A stretch of 64,000 nt of DNA from Tubiluchus corallicola. Lineage: Eukaryota; Animalia; Priapulida. Both the position numbers and the translations under genes were made by a program. Positions 47,001 through 59,000 of the stretch are shown here, piece by piece. The notes under the pieces were generated by a model. That model saw nothing but the letters and a program-made list of their open reading frames with translations, had not been told where the DNA came from and did no database searches. How positions within the stretch are numbered: position 1 is the stretch's first letter; the number at the start of each line of letters is the position of its first letter. The stretch spans positions 124,001 to 188,000 of the forward strand of contig JAQGDQ010000181.1 of NCBI GenBank assembly GCA_030141605.1, in the 5' to 3' direction.

Positions 47001-50000
47001 TAAACCACACTACAAATACGATGATGAGAAACGTTGCTATACCTCTCTGCTGCGTACTATAATCCAACAACACTTGAACACATTCAGTCCAGCCTCTAGC
47101 ACACGCTTCGTGTAGAGCTGTCCAACCCGCATTATCTCTTGCATTAACGAGTATTCCGGGGGTTTGTAACAATTCACGCACTTCCTCCAGTCTGTTGCGC
47201 ATACAAGCTAAATGCAAGCGTGTCTCCCCTATTAAAAGTAAATGAAATTGTAGTATGAAAGGCAAAAACAGTAAAACTTAATTATAAATTTGCAAACCAT
47301 TACGTTTAATTAACTATTAAATTGCTCTTTTCTGAATACCTTCCTATATATTGCTTTTAATCTTGATTATTAGAAACTTTTTCCAAACTGATTCACTACG
47401 ACAAAATAAATTGTAAAATTAACACAAAATAATTCAAAATAATGAGCAAAACAAACTCCATATAATTTCAATACACAACGATAAAAGAAGCAAAATTCAG
47501 GAAAGTATCAACATCACCCCTGGCAGCAAATGGTTGGGAAGTCTGGCATAATCCCCAAATTAAAAAACAGTAACCATGAATACAAACTTTTAATTCCCCG
47601 CAACCAGAAATCAGAAATATGAAATAATCACTGCAAATCGTGTTACATTGTTTTTCAAACTAAGGACTAACCTGTAACTTAGACAAACATAATCTCAAAA
47701 TACCTTTATAATTTTTCTTGTTGATGTCCATTTTTCTACCAGAAGATTTTCCTTTGTTTAAGACTGTGCGTGAATCCTTAATAAAAACAAAATGTAAATA
47801 TTAGATCAAGATTCTCCAAAGTGGTCAATAACTACCCCTGGTGGTCAATAGGACTACCCAAGGGGTCAATAAACATCTGGGGTCAAAATTTTATGCCCAT
47901 ATCTTGTGCAACTTACTTATTTATTATGATGCATTTTCCACGTATTTCAATAAGTTTAAACACTTTTATATTGAATTCCAACATTATATTCAATATTTTG
48001 TACATTGCTTATGATTTCCACAGTAACAATAAACATTTTTCCTTTTTGTTTCCCTATGTTTAATTAGAGATATTCACAGGAGGAAGGAATACAGAACAAC
48101 AGTTTTGCAGGGCTTGATAAGCAGTTTCCTTTACATATGTATTTGGAAAACAGTGTTCAGTATGCAGTTCCCCTCTCTAATGTATATGAAAACTGTACAT
48201 CTACTAAATTATTATTAATATTTATTTTTTTGTACATGCCTGGGGGTCGATGAGAAATCAAGGATTTCATGAAGGGGTCAATGGTCTAACAAGTTTGGGA
48301 ACCCCTGTATTGGATGTAAAATCTGTATGGTGTGATCTTAAGCCACTGATATGCTTAACTCAACTAAAGTTCAACTAAACTCAGCCTAGATTCCAAAAAA
48401 ATCGTCATCAAAATGCCAACAGAAATCTAACAACTTTCCTCGCTCAGCATTTTTTGTTGACATGTCTTTTATTTTCCAAGAGAGAAGGAAAACCATTGCT
48501 TCACAGATTCACAAGTGACATTGCCATTTTTTATAATCGCAAAAAGTAAATCAGAAAAGTCTGCCAACAAAAATGTTAAATAACCATGACCATAGATGAC
48601 CAAAATTAGACGACCATGGCACACTTGCAGTTTAGGTTGAACAACGAAAGTTGATATATAGAAAAATCAGTTAATCAGTGTTGCTGCTATAAATTTACTT
48701 TTGAAACTTGCACTTACAAATTTATCAGGCTTTGTCAAAGACAGATGTTTGGCATCTTTTCCTGGCAGTCGCAAAGTTAGGTGTCTAACACATTTCTTCG
48801 AAGTCACATGTCGAATGCACTTTTTTGGAGGCTGTTTGTTAGGAGATACGTGTCTAACAGTTTTCTTTGGACTTGGTCGTTCAACACAATTATTTGGAGA
48901 CAAACGAACATCACTCTTCTTATGAGGCAAGTGTTTGGAGTGTCTTTCTTGAGACACATAATCAATATTATTGCTAACAGACAAGTGTCCAATATGTCTA
49001 CGAGGAGACAAATGTCCACTATGTCTATGCGGAGACAAATGTCCACTGTGTCTATGCGGAGACAAATGACCACTATATCTATGTGGAGACAAGTGTCCAC
49101 CAAGTCTTTGAGGAGACAAATGTCCTCCATGTCTAAGGGGAGACAAACGCACACTTGGCAAGACCAGATGATGATAATTATGATGATGCTGATGATGTCT
49201 CTGTTTGACGGCAGAAGCTACAGCAGAACACAGCCAAGTTGGTTGAAGGAAAGACAGTGCACTGTGCATCTTACTCACATTGTCACCAATGGCATCTGTA
49301 AAAGTTGATAAAGCATTTGACAAATTTTCTTTGCAGTAGATAAAATAAACTTAATGAATGGCATGAATATAAGGTCAAATCCAAATAAAAATCTGACCAG
49401 GATAAGTCTGTCTGGTTAGGATATGACAAAGATGCCAGCTTAGGATATGACCTAGTCTGATCCCTCTGCACTTATCTGATCTGATATGCTAGTATACTCT
49501 AGACTAGATTTGTCTCATGTGGTCTGAATTACCTGATCTAGTCTTGATCAATTTTATCTATTCCTACAAGATCAAGTCAACAGCACTTGTCCAGTTTAGG
49601 CTGGCCTGGCCTGGCCTGCCATAGCCCTCTCTAGCCTTGTCTAAATTTAGTAATTAAGTCAAATTTAATTGATTCTAGTTAAGTCAATCATTCAATCAGG
49701 AATCTATCAAATCAAGTCACATAAGAGCCAGACCATGTTAGATCATCCTGAAAAGCGAGTCATTTAAATCATGTCGGAGGCAAATCAATCAATTAAGTGC
49801 AAATATTGTGATTTTCACTCAATTGAACTGTGTCAAGATCTACTTGTCATATTAAGCTGAATCAGGTCAGGTTAGGTCAAACATACCTAACCACGCTAGT
49901 AAATATTTTAACAGCTGGAGAATATTTCACACAAATATTAATCAATGCTCATTTCACTATCTACGTTTTTGCTTCACTTTAGCAACAGCGATAAATCATA

Positions 50001-53000
50001 CCGTAGATACAAGAAGCTAACTCTTTCACTAATGAAGAACGCATTTGATGTTTAACTCTATTGCACTCTGCTACCATGGTAACTAACCAAGCAATCATCG
50101 ACGCCGTCTGTACCTGCAAATAAAAGAAATAAGGTTCTAAATTACAGTATAACAAAATCAAATCATAACATAAGAAAATCTAATGATATCTGGTTGCTAG
50201 AAATTCTTTAGCTGTCAGCTAATTTCAGCTATCATCCTTGCACTTGTGCTGTGCAAGACGTGCAAATACAAAAGTGAACTTTAACACAACTCATTTTCCA
50301 CATTTCCATACATGCGCTTTCGACACAACTATAAACAAATTCATTGCGCTCTAACAGCAAGTGTATATCCTTCAAAATAAGATAATCTAATGCCACTCTA
50401 ACTTTTAAAAAGTAAACTACTATGGTAAATGCAAAAATGCACATAAATTATATATAATTTTTTTATAAATTAAGTACCTGTTCTAATGAAGTATCCATAT
50501 TATCCACAGCTGCAACTGCTGTGGCATAGCTTTTGACAAGAAACTGGACATGCTCATTCACAAAGCTAGAGTAATGATGAGGCCACATGATCGTCTCAAT
50601 TAGTGACTTCTTGCAGGCACGAACACCTTTACCGTCTTCTGCAGCTCTAAAGCAAATTACTGCAATTATTTCATGCCATCCACAAACACAAACAATGAAA
50701 AAGTAACACAGAAATGTGAAACTTATAAGCAAAAAATAGCAAAAAAACACTAACGTTTTTGCCAACATACTAAGCTAAGAATCTGAAAATTGTTACATTC
50801 AACAGCAAAAATTAAACAGCAATAAAACCAACCAAACCAAAAAAACAACTAATTTTCCAATAACTCACTGATACAGAGTTAGAGTAACTTATTAACAGCG
50901 ACATTCATTTGCTTCATTTTTCCGCTTCTACATTTTAGATCTGTACCATAAACAATAAAACTGATATTTCACACTCATGCATGATAGCCATATGAAATGC
51001 TTGTTGCAGAATTGTGCAGATTAAATGAATGAAACTTTTATGCAAAGCAATACATAATAAGTCATTCCATTTCATTTCTTCTGGAACTTAACATAACAAA
51101 ATAGTCATTTTGTTAAATTAAACCTTCATTTATCAAGCAAACTTCAGTGTGACACTTCAACTACATATATACTGGGCACATAAGATAACGGAAATTAAAA
51201 TTAATTTACTTTGCCTATAACTCAATGGCGCTACCTGTGATTATTTACTATTTCATTTTAAATGAAAAGGATAGCGGACTAGACGGCCTCTTGGTTAGCT
51301 CGCTATCCTCTCTCCTTTCACTTGCATTAGTAGCTATTAGCCTTTCTTTATCTGTATATACCATTGTACTCTTACTACAATAGACTGGTTACTATATATT
51401 TTGTAACCTGGTGGAGAAAAATCACTTTTTTTAATTCAATTCAACTCAATTCAATAAATGACTCAAAACCAGGCCTAAGCACCAATGTCAACCCCTGCAC
51501 ACATGATAATTAAAACTCCATTTCAAGATGTAGGCACAGTAAATAGATTAAACTTCTTTTGGAGAGTAAAGTACAATAAATCAGATTCATTTTTCAGAGC
51601 TAAGAACACTAAACAGAATAAATTCCTTTTGCACAGCTCATATGCATAACAAAAAAAATAAAATCATTTTGCAAAGCATTGTACGATAAACAAACTGAAA
51701 CTGCAACATGTGGCTGAACAATAAACTAGGCTTAGTGAGTATTCAGACTAGTGAGTATTCTGTTGCGAGTTTTCTCTCCGACAGCAAGTGTGAACTGCTT
51801 TGAGACTTAATGTCAGCAAGAAATTCCAAACCCTCCGACCGTTGCCGTAAACCAATTTCCTGTGAGTTACTGTCTAGTAACTGCGAGTTACTGTGTAGTA
51901 TGTCACAGGAAACTGCAAATGTCTCAGCGAGCTTCTTGCAGTGAATGAAAAATTGACTGTCAATTCGTGTTTACTGTCGGAAAGCAGTTCACAGCAAGTT
52001 TTGCTCTCTAGTCAGAACACGCTAGTGTTATTTGGCGAGTTAACCTACCGAGAAAACTCACTAGTCTGAATGCGCCATTAATCAATAAGAACTATAAGAG
52101 GAAAGCAAAATCACATTTAAGATAAAGTGCAGCAAAATCTCATTTGCACCGCTAAAATGAAGGAAGACTTGTACTAGGCGTATTCCTTGAAAAAATTCTG
52201 CAGAAAATATATTACCTTCTAAGACTAGAACGGTGATTCATCTCAAGCAAAGTGACAAGATAGGTAAGCAGTATCACATAGCGATGCCGTACATCTGCAA
52301 TTTCAAGATGAGGGCTTTGTTCATCTTCATCATTTTTAACGTCACCTTGACAACCACTGTAATAAAGTTTAACATTTTTTAAACATTATTAAATTTAAAA
52401 TTCAAGCACATCAATTAAAAGGCTTTGATCTATGAAGGCAAACATGTGACTAGCAAAACCATATTTATCTAAAAATGACAAGGACGTCTTCAGTCATACG
52501 TATTAATTCTGCCAAATCATCTAAAGGCTCTCGTGTTGTAATTTTTCATCAGTTTGCCAAATCTATAATCAGTAAATAAGATAAATTAAAGTTTAGATGT
52601 TTTAAAAGTCAGTGCTTTTGCAAGTAACAAGTTTCATAATAATTACACGTGTTACAAGTGTGAATGCTTTTTAGACAATGCTGGTGTTATGGTATGTAAT
52701 GAATGTGATATAAACTGCTTCAATTAAAAAAATTAACTGAAGGCATGCTCGGTTTGTGTAGAATTTATAAACTAATGCTATCTTAAGATGCCATCTTAAT
52801 GCTATCTTAAGGTGGCTTGCGTTGAACTACATGTTCGTTGCGTTGAACTATATTGCGTTGAAATATATGTAAAAATCTGCAAAACACTTACTGTAACACT
52901 TCTTCAATAAATTCCCAAGGATTCAAATTACCCTTGGGCTCATCTTCGGGTAGCAAGAAGGAATGCAAATAAACCTTTGCCATTTTCCGCACTGGGGGAT

Positions 53001-56000
53001 GATACGATAACACTTGGCGTAAAAGCCTCAGCGCTTTTTCGGCAATGGCTAAGTGCGGCGATTTCTAAAACAATTTCAAATAAAAATTTTTAAGTTCCAT
53101 GTATAATTGTCAGATGATTAATCATTTTTCATGAGCAAGTGAATGGAAAACAAATGTAACTTCATAATGCAAGACATGCGGAAAAGTATGTTGAGAATAT
53201 CAACTTTTGAAAGTCACGGGTCTGGGTTATTAGTCTTAGTGAATTCAGACTACCATGGAGATGATACAGTCATACCTCCGTTTTCGAACGTCTCCGTACT
53301 CGTACAAATTGGTTTTCGACCAGAAAATTCGAGCTGAAATTGTCTCCGTTCTCGACCAGAATTTCGGTACTCGACCAACCGCCAAACACGTGATGAACGT
53401 ATGCGCGGCTAGCCAAGTAGAGACGAGCGTAACCGACCGCCCCCGAGAGTAGTTATACACAAGATTTGAATCGCCTAACATCGCTAACTGCTTTCTACGC
53501 TTATTTTTTTCTGCTTTTTCATGCAGGAACAATTATGTTTTTCTTTTTAAGTAATTCTATTATGTTTTTCTTATCAATTATATCATATCTACTGTTTGAA
53601 TAAACATTTTTGCATTATTATTTTTCGCTTTAGTAATACTTTACAGTTCATTTGGTGTTTGAGAACGGATTATTTGCTTTCACATTATTTCTTATGGGAA
53701 TAAATGATTCGGTTCTCAACCAAATCGGTTTTCAAACACTTTTTAGGAACGAATTATGGTCGAAAACAGAGGTATGACTGTAATGCTAATAACATTATAG
53801 ACCGGTCGCAACAATCATGAGTTACAAATGAATTACATTTTGTGTAAAATTTAATGACGTTAGTAAATACGTATGCTTTTGAGAAGTTCTCCATTGAGCA
53901 TGCTGTTGATTACACCAAATCAGTGCACCTAACAAGCATCACAAATGAGTGCTGAGTGGCTACTGCTGGCTTGTTGCCAAGACTATTACAGATTGCCCAT
54001 ATAATAGCTGCTGCCAAAACTGATATAACTTTGTACAAAATGAAACAAAATAATATTTTGCATCCAATAGAGCCCAGTTTTCTATTGTCATACAGCAATC
54101 ATCAGTGTTCAGTTCAGGATTTTAGTTTGTTAGACTAAGCTCTTTTTCACATTTAATATGAGCAAGGTCTCAATAGACAGGTATCAGTTCACTTTCAATT
54201 TCCAAATTTTTAATTACAAGCAATTGAATTTGGAGGCAACACTGTTAGCACATTACAAGCGATAAAAGAGGTAACACTTTAATTACAGCAGAACAATTTG
54301 AAATTTCCATAAAATTCTCACTTTTAGAGATTTGGTGCTAAGGAAAGTTATCGTTGCCGAAAATTGCCCAAAGAGTTTTGCAAAAGCCGGCGTCTCCTCT
54401 GTGTTTCAAGTTTCAAGAAAAAGCACGCATTTTCACAATGTTCAAAACTATTTTCCAACTTACCAGTATCAACAGTCTCATAATCTTATGCAGCACGTAT
54501 TCTGGAGGATAACGGTTGATACTGAGAAGTGACTGTATAATGTCCACTGCTTGCGGCCAAAAGCGAATGTAGTCCAAGTGTGCATCAATCAGCTGAACGG
54601 AAACGTGCGCAAACTGGCACACCTTTGCGGGTTCGAAAGTATCGGCACCTGTATGGTAGTCGAAAGGAATGACAACATTTTCCGGAAACATCCGCATATC
54701 TGAGCATCCCTAAAAGTACAAAAAAAGAAGGGATAAAAGTGGCCTGGTTTTATCACATGGTATACATAACTCAGTACTATCTAGCAATGTGCAAATCAAA
54801 ATAATAACAGAAGATTTCGTGAAAGAGGAACCTTTTAGAATTCAGTGTACTATACCCACAAGTTATGTTAGTATGCAAATAGGCGATTGAGAAGACCATT
54901 GAGAAGACAATTTGCAAAAGCGATTCCAAGGTTCAGACTGTAAGATGCAGTTCAAGGGTAGCCAAAGCAATTGTATTATCATTTATAAAACAGTAAGTCC
55001 TTGCTTAAAGACGCTAATGTGTCCCAGCAAAATGAGACATCAAGCAAAACGTCTTTAAATGAAGCCAAAACTTCTACAGAAAATAATGTAAAAGAAGTGA
55101 GATACATTCCAGGGGCAAAAATCAATATTGCAAAAATCAAATAAATTAAACAGTTTATGAGTTTTATTTATATTTCTAGTGATTAATTTCTTTCTGCTTG
55201 CTTGAAACTATCTACGTTTATTACCAAACCTAGCTAGCAGTTGCTCTCTCATTAATGTTGAAGCCCTAGGCAGTTAGCGGGTAAAACTGCATAGGGAAAG
55301 CCTAGCCCTGGGATGACCTTTCTTCTAGATATTCAGTCTTGGTTGCTATAGCAACGGGTTGCAGGTAACGAAACAGAAACATATAACAACTGTACTGTTT
55401 TATATTACTAGTGCATTTTAAGAACAGAATAATGCAATATATACTATTTTGGTGATTTAAATTAAATAAAAATTTTTTTGATAAAATAAAAAATGGTTTG
55501 TCAAATGTTCGACGTCGTTAAAACAAAATGTCCCTAAATGAGGGGTCGTTAAGCGAGGTCTTACTGTACAGGAAATCAATCAGCCTGCTTTAATCTGACA
55601 GGAACAGTAGTTAAAAGTCAACTTACCAGCCTATACTGTGGATTACTGAAAACATGTAGCATATTTACAAATTCTTTGGACGGAAGAAGCGTTGTTAAAT
55701 ATAACTGACATACAAGTTCGTCTAGGCGTTTTTTACATGGAGCGATTGTCTGATCAAGCATGTCAGCCTCATTAGAAATATCACGAACCAACGCTGCCGG
55801 CATTTCCTCATCAGCTGACATCTCAGAAACATCAGCACCACCTGATGGCGAAGTTTCGAGGACGGGATGCGCCACATTGTTCTCCTTATTATCACCTTGC
55901 ACGTTTTTCTTCGAGAGGCATTTGTCAAACAACGAAGCTGCATGATTTTTACTTAAAATTTGCAAACCTAAACTTCCTGAATAACTCCGGTCTGTCCTCT

Positions 56001-59000
56001 TCACAAGTGTAGCATTTTCACTAATGGCAGAATTATCAAGAAGAAAATGTCTCGTCATTTCCGCGAGCACCTTATTATCACTGCCTTCTAACAGCTCACT
56101 AGCGGTTCTTAAAGGCACGTCAGTATCACAAGTTCCAGAATCGCTAGAACTACCGTTATCAGTTTTCTCCAAACTGTCACTCCGCGAACTGCGTTTTCCT
56201 ACAGTATTTACACCCACGTTACCGTCACAGTTTCCGGCATCTTCACATCTTCCTAGACTCATGTTTCCGCTAATTTCATTAGTGAATAACTGGAAGAGGT
56301 TTCTAGTAATGTGTGCACAAGTTGGTGATGGACGAGCGATGGCAGCTGGGGTACCCTCGTCAATGCCAGATTCTTCACCGGTTTTTGAAGTATCTGTAAA
56401 TAATTCATCACTGCTATTAAACTACTTATTCCCTGATGAATATCAAAGGAAAAAATATCTCACAAAAAATCACTTATTATTGTCAGTTATTTCCTACAAT
56501 TAATCAGAACAGTTTAGCAGAAGACTACTTTTTACGTTAACAAACAAACTAAAATACCTTTGGTCCCCTACATCTGCATCCCTAGATAACATCACTAAGT
56601 TAATCTAGTGATGTTATCGAAGCACATCAACAGTAAAAAGAAGAACCATTCTTGATAAGCACGAGCAGAAATGCGTTTGAAGCACATTGTAATTAATACT
56701 GTCATGAGCATTATGATTAAACAATGATTTTGGTACATAAACATTAGTTGTCTCCTAATATTAGTTATAACAAAGCTAAACAATGCCCAACAGCAAGGGT
56801 CTGCTGCCACTGTATGAAAGTTGAGAAATTCAATGCAAGATCGTTAGTCACAATCGAATCATTCGTAAAATTTACAAAGCTTCTAGTTCTCAGAAGCACC
56901 GTTCATGATGAGCATAAGCCATAATTTCAAAAGGGGGATTCTACTCCACACAGTGACATCGTTGACAATGTAAAAACAATGCATCATGTCTCATTGAGAA
57001 GAATTTACAATTTATAAATCAGGCACTCAATGGTGTTTTAGTTTACTTCACTGTGCATTGAGTACCACCACTTGAATCATCATCATTGTTTAAAACTTTA
57101 AATGTACCTTTACTGGTGCAAGAATTTCCACACTCGTCGGATATGAGATATTACACACAGAAAAAAAGAGAATTAAGTTTGTTTTAGAAATAGACTTCTG
57201 CTTTGTAAATTTTAGCTGGTTTGTTTTATTTCAAATATCTAACAAAATAAAGTTCAATTGAAGTTGAAAATTTAAATTGAAATAAGCATGAAACAGGTGT
57301 AAAAAAGCAAATAACCAGCAAAACCACGACGCAAGATCAATCAGTCACATTAAGGTTAGTGCACAGCATAAGGCATTTACCTGTTGTGACTAGACGATCG
57401 ACAGCAACTGATGCCGTTGCCTTAACAGCAGACTTGATTAAATTGTCTACAATTTCTTTGCAAATGTCAATCTTCTCACCTTCAAAAACTATGAAAATGT
57501 AAACGTTTTTTTAAAGAAATATTTAAACATGAATGTTGCATTTGTTAAATGTAGTTGAAAAAAACATTGCTAGTTTTACACATGACATTACACAGTTTAA
57601 TTCTGTTTTCAAAATTACTGCTATAGAAAATTAGTTACATTAATTGCCAATTTGCTACGCAGTCTTTAGTTTAAAGCTGCTTTATTAACATACGACTATT
57701 ACAATTTTTTGATGAGAATGATTTATAATCTTAATGTCAATGATTATTATTAAAGAAGGTAGAAGGTGCAAACCACACTGAATTAATTAAATTTAAAATT
57801 AATTGAATGAAACAAAGCATTGAAAAATAGGAAGTATGAAAAAGTAACACAGCACAGATCTGAATCACAGACCTACTGCTTATAAGAGAGAGACCATAAC
57901 AGCTGAGCTACTATGTTCCTAAGCAATCATGAACAGTATATAATTCATCCCTTAAAGAACTGGTTAGCAAATTTCAGCACTTTCAAACATGTGATGAACA
58001 ACATGGTAATTTAACATTTAGGGTGCCTGCCTTGTAAGCAAAAGATCCTTAGTTCAAATACTGATGTGTTCCACTTTTTTCCACTTCACATTTCATGCTT
58101 TTCATAATTTGGTTTTAAAATGTCGTAATTTTAACTAATTATGCCATAATTAACAATCATAAAGTTAAGATCATCAATAATTAATTAAGAATCCACAGGA
58201 AATTTGGGCTTAAAATTAATCAAAATTCAAACTAATCAAATCACTTTATCGTGAGCAAAATAACATTGGAAATGCTGAATTGCTGGCTGCCAGCCTTAAG
58301 GTATTTAACTTTATTGTTTTGGCGCATTAAGACTAGCGAGTTTTTCTCTTTGGCTAAATGTTTAGCAGTAACTCGCAGCAAGTTTTGAATACATTTACGA
58401 GCTACTGCGAGTTTACTTGATGAGAAAATTTGGTGCAAAAACAGAAAACAAATGCACTTACCTTTTTCGTCTTGGTCTGTCCCGGTAAACAAGCGTTTGG
58501 TGGGAGTTGGCGAAAAATGTGCATCAGTGGATGTTCGTTTTGCCGGCGTGATGGTAAAACTTGTTTCAGATTCCTGTGAAGAGGTTGTTGATTTGGGTAG
58601 TATAAAATTTGCCATGTTATCTGCACCATTTTGCTGGAAAATATACAAAAGTAACGAAAAATGCAAAGTTAATCCAACCAAAAAAAACAAACATGTTTCA
58701 TGCAATAAATTAAAATGTGTTTCACTGAAATCAACGTCTGGATTATCAAAAACACCTACTCTCCATCTCAACATTCAGAAGTTGCCTAATACTTGCCCAT
58801 TTTATATTTGTAGATGAATGTCATACAGGTGTTAACATCTTAAATAAATGAATGAATGAAGTCATCTTTATAATGAAAGTTATTAAAGTTTCAATATCTC
58901 ACATTTTAAATAAAGCTGAGTGAAACCAGTAAAACCAGATCATTAAACTACACCATAGCAGCACGCTTAGTTAATCAATGATAGGCATTACATTAAGAGT

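Noticed and set aside
48781-49308. 175-aa antisense ORF and 116-aa alternative-frame ORF over the SLF1 repeat exon
   Set aside because: Open frames are expected from a 27-bp repeat lacking stops; there is no independent splice or homology support
50232-50444. 70-aa ORF between SLF1 exons
   Set aside because: Its only plausible acceptor (50402) is phase 1, while the upstream exon ends in phase 0; the phase-0 reading hits TAG
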